From assembly GCA_963714095.1 (NCBI GenBank), contig OY970230.1:532084-596083 (forward strand): 64,000 nucleotides of DNA, written 5' to 3'. A model generated the notes under the pieces. It saw only the letters and a list, made by a program, of their open reading frames with translations, searched no databases and was not told where the DNA came from. This DNA is from Candidatus Gottesmanbacteria bacterium (lineage in GTDB: Bacteria; Patescibacteriota; Microgenomatia; UBA10105; UBA927). This document shows positions 30,170 through 39,050 of this stretch, one piece after another (the first letter of the stretch is position 1; every line of letters starts with the position of its first letter). The translations under genes and the position numbers were made by a program.

Positions 30170-30943
30170 ATGAATCTTAAAAAGATACTAACCACACAGG
30201 AATTTCTAAAGGTTCCCCAGATTACCGTCTTCTTCTGGGTCGTGAAACTACTCACGACGGCAATGGGTGAGTCCACTTCTGACTTCCTGGTCCATCATAT
30301 TAACCCGGTTATTGCTGTGGTATTAGGAGGCATTGGTTTTGCTGTCACCATAGTGCTACAGTTTTCGGTTCGAAAATATGTTGCGTGGATTTATTGGCTC
30401 ACCGTTACCATGGTTGCCATATTTGGAACTATGGCTGCAGACGTAATCCACATAGTTTTAGGGGTTCCGTATCTTATCTCAACCATATTCTTTGCAGTCG
30501 TACTGACCGGTATCTTTATTTTCTGGTACAAAACCGAGAAAACTTTTTCTATCCATAGTATCTACACTCCCCGCCGCGAATTATTTTACTGGGCTACCGT
30601 TATAGTGACATTTGCGCTTGGTACTGCGACAGGTGACATGACCGCAATAACATTAAATTTAGGATATCTAACTTCAGGTATTCTGTTTGCCATATTGTTT
30701 GTTCTACCACTCCTAGCTCACAAGCTATCTCACGTTAATGAAGTCCTGACTTTCTGGGCTGCCTATATTGTGACTCGACCGTTTGGTGCGTCATTTGCTG
30801 ACTGGTTTGGACGAACTCCGGATATGGGTGGTATTGGTTTTGGTACCGGACGAACGAGCATAGTCTTAACCGTTCTTATTATTCTTCTTGTTGGGTACCT
30901 AACAATTACCCGCAAGGATATTAAGAAACAAGAACGACTGTGA
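30170..30943 (+). CDS. polytopic membrane protein with internal duplication
   Basis: 257 aa; two homologous halves (TTAMGESTSDFLVHH / GTATGDMTAITLNLGY; VTRPFGASFADWFGR). Confidence 0.4.
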   Translation: MNLKKILTTQEFLKVPQITVFFWVVKLLTTAMGESTSDFLVHHINPVIAVVLGGIGFAVTIVLQFSVRKYVAWIYWLTVTMVAIFGTMAADVIHIVLGVPYLISTIFFAVVLTGIFIFWYKTEKTFSIHSIYTPRRELFYWATVIVTFALGTATGDMTAITLNLGYLTSGILFAILFVLPLLAHKLSHVNEVLTFWAAYIVTRPFGASFADWFGRTPDMGGIGFGTGRTSIVLTVLIILLVGYLTITRKDIKKQERL

Positions 30944-30947
30944 AAAC

Positions 30948-31520
30948 TTAAACCCGTAGTGAACCACGGAACCCCCGAGAACCATAGTACGAATCCGCAC
31001 CGTTATGAAAGACAAAGACGTGGTTGTAGCGGCGATCGGCGAATATCGCGCCGCCGAGTTTTCTGATTTCAGCAGGAGTTTTCAACCAGCTTGACGTTTT
31101 CGTATCGAAGGCACCAAGTTTCTGCAACTCTGTATATTGTTCTTCCGTTAGCATTTCGATACCCATGCGGGCCGCCATATCCATCGCGGTGTCTTTTGGT
31201 TTAAATTCTTTCCTTGCCGTAAGCGCTTCATGGTCATAACAAACGTTCCTGCGATCTTTCGGAGTTTCCGCGCAGCAGTCATAAAAAATGTATTCGCCCG
31301 TCTTAACATCGTGACCCACAACATCCGGTTCACCGCCGGTTCTTTCCATTTCACTCAGGGTCCACAGTTTTTCGTTATTGGCCTCCAACCTTGTTTGCAC
31401 CTTCGTCCATTCAAGACCTTTATGGCGGTTCATGTTTTTCTCAAAACGGGCCTTCAATGTTAAAAAAAGTTCTGCACGTTGTTCTGACGACAATTCTTTT
31501 TTTATATTGCTGTTGCTCAT
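30948..31520 (-). CDS. hypothetical cytoplasmic protein
   Basis: 190 aa, no TM; function unknown. Confidence 0.4.
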   Translation of the reverse strand: MSNSNIKKELSSEQRAELFLTLKARFEKNMNRHKGLEWTKVQTRLEANNEKLWTLSEMERTGGEPDVVGHDVKTGEYIFYDCCAETPKDRRNVCYDHEALTARKEFKPKDTAMDMAARMGIEMLTEEQYTELQKLGAFDTKTSSWLKTPAEIRKLGGAIFADRRYNHVFVFHNGADSYYGSRGFRGSLRV

Positions 31521-31558
31521 ACTTGAATATTATCACTTCTTATTCTTTTTTGGCTTTT

Positions 31559-31585
31559 GCTCCAAGCGGTTAAGGGTGTTTGGAC
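31559..31585 (+). repeat. repeat family R1, degenerate partial copy A (head only)
   Basis: gCTCCaAGCGGTtaAGGgtGTTtGGAC aligns to R1 head GCTCCGAGCGGTAGAGGATGTTCGGAC. Confidence 0.4.
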
Positions 31586-31599
31586 CTGCTTTTCCTGCT

Positions 31600-32190
31600 C
31601 TAATTAGACGTCACGGTAAATGCAGCTTTTATAGAAATATCATGAAGTGTCGGGTGTTGGTAGCTAAAAGTGATATTTCCGTTCCCAATACCGATCGGAA
31701 CTATCGTCGTATAGTTTTGATCGCCTGGCTTACTCGTCCAAACCATCGTCGGTATGACGTATATCGTTTCGTATGTTCCGTTCTGTATTTTCGTCGTATT
31801 AAATGTATATCCGGATGTATCGCTGTCTTTCCCTAAACCGTTAATTGCCAAAAGGCTGACAGTTGCGTAAGGAGCGTTCGGATTTGGAACGATGCCCACA
31901 ACATGCACGTTCACTTTTGTTCCGACCGGCCCATGCGTAGGGCTTACGGTCATGGTGATACCGTTTTGCGTAACAGTTTCACTATCTCCGGTTGTTGATG
32001 TAGGAATAAGGGTAGGTGAAGGAGTTCCAAGCTGTGCCCCTTGGGTTATCACAGGCAAATTTTGGACAGATACCTGACTGGTCTGACCTTTTTTAACAAA
32101 AAAGAGATAGCCACCGAGTCCTAAAAGAAACGCTAATAACCCGACAATGATTATGATAGGGATATTACCTCGTTGTTTAGAGATACTCAT
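31600..32190 (-). CDS. hypothetical membrane-anchored extracytoplasmic protein
   Basis: 196 aa; N-terminal TM IIIVGLLAFLLGLGGYLFFV; T/S-rich. Confidence 0.4.
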   Translation of the reverse strand: MSISKQRGNIPIIIIVGLLAFLLGLGGYLFFVKKGQTSQVSVQNLPVITQGAQLGTPSPTLIPTSTTGDSETVTQNGITMTVSPTHGPVGTKVNVHVVGIVPNPNAPYATVSLLAINGLGKDSDTSGYTFNTTKIQNGTYETIYVIPTMVWTSKPGDQNYTTIVPIGIGNGNITFSYQHPTLHDISIKAAFTVTSN

Positions 32191-32292
32191 AAATCTAGTA
32201 TTTCAGAGTTTGCAGAATTTGGCAAGCTCGCGACTTGACTTAAAACTGAGAAGCTACTTGATATTGTCTTGTAGTACGTTTACCATAAATGT

Positions 32293-32799
32293 ATGGGAAA
32301 AACGGTCGGCATTATCGTGGGAGTCGTAGTCGTCGCGGTCATTATATTCTTTGGTGTTACCTCAATGCATAAAAATCAAACCTCAGATATTCAGCCAACA
32401 AATTCTTCCTCCGCGTCTCAAACAAAAACAGCTGGAGGAAAACTTGTAACAACGTGTGCTCATTACGAAACGGGTTCTACCGGCTTTAAAGCAAATGACA
32501 CCTCACTCATACCGGCGGACGTTGCAGCCGTAGGTGCCGGCGAAACGTTGTGCGGGAGTCTTACCGAAACAAATTCGGTCTATTATTTGACTGACAAATC
32601 AGATACCCAAATCGAAGACATGTATAAAACAAAAATGACTTCCCGCGGATGTACGGTATCAGCTATAGTCACACCCGCTCCGGGCTCTGAAGTATATTCT
32701 CTAAATATATCGTTCTCCTGCGCCGACGGTCATTATTACGTCGGCACCGGCTTTAAAGATAACGGCTATTGGGTTACTTTCAGTCCTCCGAGAGAATAA
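32293..32799 (+). CDS. hypothetical membrane-anchored extracytoplasmic protein
   Basis: 168 aa; N-terminal TM; Cys-containing. Confidence 0.4.
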   Translation: MGKTVGIIVGVVVVAVIIFFGVTSMHKNQTSDIQPTNSSSASQTKTAGGKLVTTCAHYETGSTGFKANDTSLIPADVAAVGAGETLCGSLTETNSVYYLTDKSDTQIEDMYKTKMTSRGCTVSAIVTPAPGSEVYSLNISFSCADGHYYVGTGFKDNGYWVTFSPPRE

Positions 32800-32834
32800 T
32801 TCCTTACGTGAATCTACACTGAGTTTTCCGAAAT

Positions 32835-32866
32835 GCTCCGAGCGGTAAAGGATGTTCGGACTTATT
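32835..32866 (+). repeat. repeat family R1, copy B (head + ACTTATT, remainder replaced)
   Basis: GCTCCGAGCGGTAaAGGATGTTCGGACTTATT. Confidence 0.6.
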
Positions 32867-32873
32867 ACACGTA

Positions 32874-33017
32874 TTATCGGATTAACCCTAATCCGATAAC
32901 TCCGACAATAATCAGGTACGCAGCGACAAAATAATTAAGAAATTTCGGAAATATCAGAATCAATACGCCGAACGCAAGTGATGCAAGCGGCGTTAAATTG
33001 TTTGTAGATATATTCAT
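32874..33017 (-). CDS. small membrane protein (DUF3096-like), below ORF-track size cutoff
   Basis: 47 aa MNISTNNLTPLASLAFGVLILIFPKFLNYFVAAYLIIVGVIGLGLIR; strong RBS GGAGGTGAAAC 4 nt before ATG. Confidence 0.45.
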   Translation of the reverse strand: MNISTNNLTPLASLAFGVLILIFPKFLNYFVAAYLIIVGVIGLGLIR

Positions 33018-33046
33018 ATGTTTCACCTCCTTCCGCGTTACACACT

Positions 33047-33292
33047 TTATCTATTTCGTACCATGCGGCCAATATAAATAACGACAATAGCCCCAAGTAC
33101 CGCCACAATCATGCTATACAGATTAAATCCCGTCACACCCGATTGACCGAGGAGATTCATGATAAAACCCCCTACCACGGCCCCAACAATACCCATAACG
33201 ATATCCATCATGGCTCCTGCACCGGTTTTCATGATCATCGATGCTATCCACCCTACCAGAGCTCCAAATATGATCCACAGTAAAATACCCAT
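33047..33292 (-). CDS. GlsB/YeaQ/YmgE (transglycosylase-associated) family stress membrane protein
   Basis: MGILLWIIFGALVGWIASMIM...GIVGAVVGGFI hallmark; start taken at internal Met of ORF 33047..33328. Confidence 0.7.
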   Translation of the reverse strand: MGILLWIIFGALVGWIASMIMKTGAGAMMDIVMGIVGAVVGGFIMNLLGQSGVTGFNLYSMIVAVLGAIVVIYIGRMVRNR

Positions 33293-33340
33293 ATACCATT
33301 CACCCCCTAACGTTATATTTTTCGGCATCCAATCAGCTAT

Positions 33341-33799
33341 TTACTGATTATCAACCGATTGATTTACCTCTTCCTGATTCGTTGGCTTTACCAGTTGAAA
33401 AAGCGCAACGAGCCCATACGCTATGATTGCATACACCGCCATAGCAATGAGCGTTGACCATTCAAGAGTCATGTATGAAATTCCCGTAACGCCTAATATC
33501 CCTGCAAACGGCAAAGCGAAAGGATTACTCACCGCATAAATGAAATTAGTAAATCCGCTTCCTGCATTTGCCCCAAGGAGCTTGAGGAGAACTCTAAACG
33601 CCAAAACCACCTCAATGACACCCAGGATATACCAAATAACCTGATACGTACGAAAAATTGCTTTTTTGGTATCATACGTTTTTTGCGGCGATCCGGTAGT
33701 AACTGCCGGCTTCACTACTCTCGTTTGCTGAACAACCCGCTGTGTAGTAGGCGTCGATACTGTCGTTACTTCCTGTACGTCTGTATTTTGTTCTGTCAT
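33341..33799 (-). CDS. YggT-family membrane protein
   Basis: 152 aa; Q/T-rich N-terminus then YggT-like IWYILGVIEVVLAFRVLLKLLGAN...FIYAVSNPFALPF. Confidence 0.5.
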   Translation of the reverse strand: MTEQNTDVQEVTTVSTPTTQRVVQQTRVVKPAVTTGSPQKTYDTKKAIFRTYQVIWYILGVIEVVLAFRVLLKLLGANAGSGFTNFIYAVSNPFALPFAGILGVTGISYMTLEWSTLIAMAVYAIIAYGLVALFQLVKPTNQEEVNQSVDNQ

Positions 33800-34413
33800 G
33801 TTATTTCACCTCCTCCTTGTATTGTTTTATTTTTGTGAAATTCTTCGATTTTTGCTATCAACTCATTCACTTCATAGTTGGATGTGTCAATATTGTGCTC
33901 TGCAAAAGTCCGAAGTCCCTCAATAATCATTTGCACCCGGGCCGCTTTTTTTGCATCAAGATGACCAATCATAATATTATTTTCTGCAAACGTCCGGGAA
34001 ACGATCTCAAGTGTGGCAAAAAACGGTGACGATTCTATAAGCACATTTGAAATATCCTTTATATCCACGCTGTGTGATTGAGAGGCAAGAAACTGCCGGA
34101 AGATAAACGTTACTCTGCTTTCTTCAACCTCTATAGTGTTAGGAAACAACGTCCATGGAAACTGAGAAGAAATACTTATAATACATCTGTTGGATTTTTT
34201 TATTAAATCACTAACCGTTTGTTTGTCTTCTTCTTTTTTCGTCGCCTCATTGATCGTCTGTTCATTTTTACCTTCTTGCTGTAACGCTTGATCCGAGAGC
34301 CGGGGGATTTGCCGCACCTGTGTCATGGCAGGTATGCGATCTTGCCTTTTGGGATCGGCCTTTATGCGAGTATAAAGCGGTTGAGATATTCTGCTGAAGA
34401 TATTTATGTCCAT
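33796..34413 (-). CDS. hypothetical protein with possible bacterial PH-like C-terminal domain
   Basis: ORF 33796..34440; first 9 codons lie inside a perfect palindrome, so Met-10 (34413) is the preferred start. Confidence 0.4.
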   Translation of the reverse strand: MDINIFSRISQPLYTRIKADPKRQDRIPAMTQVRQIPRLSDQALQQEGKNEQTINEATKKEEDKQTVSDLIKKSNRCIISISSQFPWTLFPNTIEVEESRVTFIFRQFLASQSHSVDIKDISNVLIESSPFFATLEIVSRTFAENNIMIGHLDAKKAARVQMIIEGLRTFAEHNIDTSNYEVNELIAKIEEFHKNKTIQGGGEIT

Positions 34414-34445
34414 ACATATGTCTAAATATAATTTAGACATATGTA
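34413..34445. promoter_or_regulatory. perfect AT-rich palindrome (14-bp arms, 3-bp spacer, +1 flanking pair): tACATATGTCTAAAT-ata-ATTTAGACATATGTa; candidate operator
   Basis: seen directly; lies between RHH gene (34470..34745) and downstream gene start. Confidence 0.5.
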
Positions 34446-34469
34446 AACCCGTAAATCAGGTGGTAAAAA

Positions 34470-34745
34470 TTATCGAGGCACGGTGAGAGATTTCGTATGT
34501 TTCGGGGCTATTCGTTTTAATTTTAAATCCGCCTCATGAGTAAATGTGTCTATTGTGGAACTGTTGTCAAATTTAATGTGAATATGCTGATTACTATCTT
34601 TTTCAAGTTTGGGAGCGTACGCGTCAAGTGCCTTTTCCACTATCTCGGATAGCGTAAGGCCTTCCAGGGCCCCCCTGACCTTCGCACGTTTCATTAGCAT
34701 CGGATCAATAAATGCTGTAAGCCGTTGTTTTAAAATATTATTCAT
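34470..34745 (-). CDS. ribbon-helix-helix (CopG/Arc-like) DNA-binding protein, tentative
   Basis: 91 aa; N-terminal beta-strand + two helices pattern KQRLTAFIDPMLMKRAKVRGALEGLTLSEIVEKALDAY. Confidence 0.45.
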   Translation of the reverse strand: MNNILKQRLTAFIDPMLMKRAKVRGALEGLTLSEIVEKALDAYAPKLEKDSNQHIHIKFDNSSTIDTFTHEADLKLKRIAPKHTKSLTVPR

Positions 34746-34829
34746 CTATACATAGTCTGCACCTATTACAATTATTTGTCAAGTTACATATAGTTGTATA
34801 ATATGTAATGACCGTGTATACTATAAGAA

Positions 34830-35177
34830 ATGCTTATACTTATTCTCTTATTAGTGGTCGGCGCAATCATGGCGTATCTGGCACAAAATAACTCGATGTT
34901 AGTAACAGTACGCCTCGGAACATCTGTGCTCTCTGGCATTCCCCTCTTTTATGTCATCGTTGGTTGTCTTTTAACGGGTCTTGGGTTAGCGTACGTTATA
35001 TATCTTGTCAATTCAATTTTTACCGCCTTCTCCATGCACCGGAAGGATACGGCAATCAAACATGGAAAAAGTGATATTGTTGATCTGACGAAACGGATTC
35101 ATCAGCTGGAGTTAGAAAACGAGAGGCTTAAAAATAACTCCTCAGTTGTGGAGCCTCGGGATAAAAACGCGTTGTGA
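34830..35177 (+). CDS. LapA-domain (DUF1049) inner-membrane protein
   Basis: 115 aa; two TM then coiled coil LTKRIHQLELENERLKNN. Confidence 0.55.
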   Translation: MLILILLLVVGAIMAYLAQNNSMLVTVRLGTSVLSGIPLFYVIVGCLLTGLGLAYVIYLVNSIFTAFSMHRKDTAIKHGKSDIVDLTKRIHQLELENERLKNNSSVVEPRDKNAL

Positions 35178-35647
35178 AATCACTACTCGGTAAAGTGTGG
35201 AAATTATTAAACCTTCCAAAAGGCATCCAGTTGTTTTTTATGCGCTTTTTCCAAAATAAATTTCTCGTCGGTGTTACCGGAGTTGTATTTAATAAAAAAA
35301 ACGAGGTATTACTTTTTAAGCATACATATCGGCAACACTCCTGGAGTCTGCCGGGCGGATATCTAAAAGCCGGCGAGCACCCCTCTGAAGCAATTGAACG
35401 GGAAATAAAAGAGGAATCCCATTTAATCGTAAGTGTCGACGCCCCACTCGTTATCCGCACTGACCGAACCGCTTCTCGGTTGGATATTTGCTATATCGGG
35501 GTTTTCATCGGTGGAGAATTTACTCCAAGTCAGGAAGTATCTGAATATGGCTTTTTTTCACAGAACACTATGCCTTTATTAAGAAGTAATCAGGTTTTTT
35601 TAATAGAAAAAGCCCTCCAGCAAAAAAGATTGTCAGAAAAAAGATAA
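35174..35647 (+). CDS. NUDIX hydrolase
   Basis: Nudix box LPGGYLKAGEHPSEAIEREIKEESHL. Confidence 0.75.
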   Translation: MKSLLGKVWKLLNLPKGIQLFFMRFFQNKFLVGVTGVVFNKKNEVLLFKHTYRQHSWSLPGGYLKAGEHPSEAIEREIKEESHLIVSVDAPLVIRTDRTASRLDICYIGVFIGGEFTPSQEVSEYGFFSQNTMPLLRSNQVFLIEKALQQKRLSEKR

Positions 35648-35654
35648 ATAATTT

Positions 35655-35727
35655 TGCTCCCCGGCAGGATTCGAACCTGCAACCTTCTTCTTAACAGGAA
35701 GCCGCTCTACCGTTGAGCTACAGGGGA
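35655..35727 (-). tRNA. tRNA-Asn (anticodon GUU)
   Basis: minus-strand cloverleaf: D-arm GCTC-AACGGTA-GAGC, anticodon loop CUGUUAA, T-arm GCAGG-TTCGAAT-CCTGC; acceptor has one C-A mismatch (2-71) and 27-43 G-A. Confidence 0.7.
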
Positions 35728-35791
35728 ATATTAAGGAACGTGGTTATTATATCAGATTTATTCATATTTCGGGTGATATAATAGCCTCACT

Positions 35792-36442
35792 GTGAAAAAC
35801 ATTCTCCTCGTGCTACTCGCCTTTCTTCTGGGATTTGGCGGCGTTATGGAATATCACTATCTGCGAACCAAACAAACAGCAACAATAGTTGCACCTACAA
35901 CAACGAGCCGAGTTACGCCGGAGCCGACCTTTGCTCTCGTTCCCCCATCACAGGCGGTATCGGGAATATTAACCGTAACCAGTGGTCAAGCGGAAAAATT
36001 TTCGAGGAATGACACGCAATATAGAGAGGCCTCTTCCGGCGCCCAAATATTGATCGGCGAGTCCGTGGCAACAAAGGAAAATTCTACAGCCGCGGCCTCT
36101 GTAAGCGGCATCGTACGTGTCAACATGGGTCCGACAGCGGAACTGGTATTTGCAAACCTATTCCCCGACGATTTTGTCCTCCAGCAAACGACAGGGAAAA
36201 TCGAATATTTTGTTGACGCACCGATTTCCGTCCACGCACTCCACTCGCTCGTTAGCATGAACCCGGGCGACTTTATACTAAATATTATCGATACCGATAT
36301 GTCCATTACCGTAAATACCGGATCGGTAAAATTCGCACTTGTTGATAACGATAATAATACGAACGTGTGGAATTTGAACGCCGGGCAGCGCGCAAATATC
36401 GATGATGCGGCCCGCCAAGTGTATTTAGTACAGGCCAGATAA
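35792..36442 (+). CDS. hypothetical membrane-anchored beta-rich protein
   Basis: 216 aa; N-terminal TM; no recognisable motif. Confidence 0.4.
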   Translation: MKNILLVLLAFLLGFGGVMEYHYLRTKQTATIVAPTTTSRVTPEPTFALVPPSQAVSGILTVTSGQAEKFSRNDTQYREASSGAQILIGESVATKENSTAAASVSGIVRVNMGPTAELVFANLFPDDFVLQQTTGKIEYFVDAPISVHALHSLVSMNPGDFILNIIDTDMSITVNTGSVKFALVDNDNNTNVWNLNAGQRANIDDAARQVYLVQAR

Positions 36443-37609
36443 ATCGAGCGTATTTTTGTAATTTGTCAGGGGGCTGAGCATCGTAGTGTCCTCATATCCC
36501 AACGCCCAGAGAGCAATGCCACCGAGATGATATTTTTGGGCAAGCCCTATTTTTTCACCCACCGACGCTTTATTTTCAAAATAAATCTGGTTGAAATAAT
36601 CTCCCTCCGGATAAATCACGTATGGCTCGTGCGCAACCGGGTCCAACTGGGCCGAACACGACGCGCAATTGGCAAGGATATCCGCAACGCGACTGCTACT
36701 GGCAATCGACGAGCCGCCGGGAATGGTTGCCGACTCAGGAGCGGCATTTATTGTCTCCCACTCATACCCGTATAAAGGAATACCCAATAGTACTTTTTGT
36801 GACGGCATCACTTTCAATGCTTCTTTAACAGCCGTCTCCGTATCGTATTCAAGTGTGGTGCCTGCTCCCCCGATCGGCGCATTGGCACCGGAGGTAAACG
36901 ACCCCGCGTAGTGGTAATCATAGGTCATCAAAATCACACGATCGACAATCGCACCCAGCGCGCGGGCGTCATAGATATCGCTTTTCACCAGAGAAATCGG
37001 AATCAAATCAAGCGATACTGTTCCCAACTTTTGCGCTTTCACCTGATCCGTAACGGTTTTGACAAATGTCGTAAAATTTACCCGCGCGCTTTCGGATGCA
37101 GTCATAAAACTTTCAATATCAAGGTTTAAATCCGTAAACCCTTTGTCTTTCATAATCGGGGAAACGTCGGCAATGAGGTTGTTCGCACTGGTAACGGGGT
37201 CATCCATCATGGCGCTTATGACACTATCGTCCCCGCTTATCACCAGGAGTGATTGTTTTAAACCCTGCTTTTTTGCATTCGTCATATAGGTACCGAACGT
37301 GTCTCCTTTGAGCGCCGTCCACCCGGGTTCCTCTTCCTGCGGGTTCGTGAGCTTTTGAATCGTTCCGTCACTGTTGAGTGCAAGACCGAAATAGGTGAGC
37401 GTCGTAATATATTGGGAATAATCCTTATCCGCTTTATCCAGAAGCCAATACGGCAAAAATCCCACAATCTCGGGTTTATTCACGTTAAACGTTGTCAGGA
37501 TGGGGTTGTCAAACCGTACCGGAGCATTTCCTAAATAATAAAACGCTCCAAAAGCACTCAGTGCGCCCGCAATAAAAAAAATGATGAAAAGAAAATTTTT
37601 TTTAATCAT
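36425..37609 (-). CDS. glycoside hydrolase family 18-like (chitinase/YdhD-like) secreted protein
   Basis: 394 aa; signal/TM; GH18-like blocks FTDLNLDIESF (DxxDxDxE-like) and ILMTYDYHYAGS. Confidence 0.55.
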   Translation of the reverse strand: MIKKNFLFIIFFIAGALSAFGAFYYLGNAPVRFDNPILTTFNVNKPEIVGFLPYWLLDKADKDYSQYITTLTYFGLALNSDGTIQKLTNPQEEEPGWTALKGDTFGTYMTNAKKQGLKQSLLVISGDDSVISAMMDDPVTSANNLIADVSPIMKDKGFTDLNLDIESFMTASESARVNFTTFVKTVTDQVKAQKLGTVSLDLIPISLVKSDIYDARALGAIVDRVILMTYDYHYAGSFTSGANAPIGGAGTTLEYDTETAVKEALKVMPSQKVLLGIPLYGYEWETINAAPESATIPGGSSIASSSRVADILANCASCSAQLDPVAHEPYVIYPEGDYFNQIYFENKASVGEKIGLAQKYHLGGIALWALGYEDTTMLSPLTNYKNTLDLSGLY

Positions 37610-37682
37610 TACTTCGGTTTACCCAATCATACCATTGAGCCGTATATTCCCAAAACAACCATTATGTGATATTCTCCGGTAC

Positions 37683-39050
37683 GTGAGTACGAAAGGTGAA
37701 ACCCCGATCGACCTACACATAACTCCTATTGACGGAAGAAATTACCACAAGATAAACGTACTTTCCCGGTATTTTTCAGAGCGAGCACTAAACCAAGAAC
37801 GCATCTATGTCGAGACTGAATATCTCCTCTGGTTGAGTAAATATACCATCATACGGAAACTTACAAAAAAAGAAACCGCTCTTCTGCATTCCCTCCCGTC
37901 GATGACGACGGGAAACTACGAGCATCTGCGGGACCTTGAGTCACGGGTTAATCATGATATGAAAGTAATTGAACTGTATATACAGGAAAAAATATCCAAA
38001 ACAACACTTCACGACATTACCAGCATGGTTCATTTCGGGTTAACCGCAGATGATACCAATTCATGTGCATATGCCCGATGCATCAACGGGGCTATGAAGG
38101 ATGTTATTATTCCGATTCTGAATGATATTCATGAGTCACTACAAAAATACGCAGGGATGTATAAAAATCTTCCGATGCTTGCCCGGACGCACGGTCAGCC
38201 GGCGACAGGAACAACATACGGTAAAGAGCTTGGGGTATTTTCCTATAGACTCCGACAACAGATAACATTACTCAAGACACTTCGCATCGGAGGAAAACTC
38301 TCAGGAAACGTCGGAACGTTCAATGCACATACAGTCGTATTCCCCCGAATGAATTGGGTAACTTTTTCAAAAACATTTTTAGAGCACATCACCGTTGAGC
38401 CAATAATGCTTGCAACTCAGATAGCTCCCTATGACAGTCATATACAACTCTTTCAAACGCTCCTCCATATCAATCTGATATTACTCGGGCTTTCAAAAGA
38501 TATGTGGCTCTATAGTATGCTTGGATATGTCACCCTAAAAAACGTATCACGTGAGGTGGGCTCTACTGCCCTTCCTCATAAAATTAATCCCATCTATCTT
38601 GAGGGGGCCGAGGGTGGATTTGAAATCGCCAATTCCCTGTTGGAACTCTATATCCGTAAACTTTCTTACAGCAGGCTCCAGCGGGATCTATCGGACAGCA
38701 CCGTACGGCGTTCATTCGGTACGGCATTCGCCTATTCCCTTCTCTCCTATCAAAGTATACTCGAAACGTTTACCCGGATGGAACCAAATGAAATACGCAT
38801 GAAAGAAGATCTCCTCTCCCACTACGAAATACTTTCCGAGGCAATCCAAAATTATTTACGTACCAAAGGATTTCCTGACGCGTATGAGAAAACAAAACAA
38901 TTTTTCCGGGGACACGTCTCGACACAATCCGATGTTGCATCATTTATTTCAACATTATCCATCTCAGAAAAAGATAAAGACTATTTGCGCACGCTTACTC
39001 CACTGAAGTATACGGGGCTCGCGGGTACGCTCGTTGATACCTATGTCTAA
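37683..39050 (+). CDS. purB: adenylosuccinate lyase
   Basis: ORF 37581..39050; PurB N-terminus ..ITPIDGRNYHK...FSERAL best explained by GTG start at 37683 (455 aa); fumarate-lyase signature GSTALPHKINP. Confidence 0.85.
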   Translation: MSTKGETPIDLHITPIDGRNYHKINVLSRYFSERALNQERIYVETEYLLWLSKYTIIRKLTKKETALLHSLPSMTTGNYEHLRDLESRVNHDMKVIELYIQEKISKTTLHDITSMVHFGLTADDTNSCAYARCINGAMKDVIIPILNDIHESLQKYAGMYKNLPMLARTHGQPATGTTYGKELGVFSYRLRQQITLLKTLRIGGKLSGNVGTFNAHTVVFPRMNWVTFSKTFLEHITVEPIMLATQIAPYDSHIQLFQTLLHINLILLGLSKDMWLYSMLGYVTLKNVSREVGSTALPHKINPIYLEGAEGGFEIANSLLELYIRKLSYSRLQRDLSDSTVRRSFGTAFAYSLLSYQSILETFTRMEPNEIRMKEDLLSHYEILSEAIQNYLRTKGFPDAYEKTKQFFRGHVSTQSDVASFISTLSISEKDKDYLRTLTPLKYTGLAGTLVDTYV

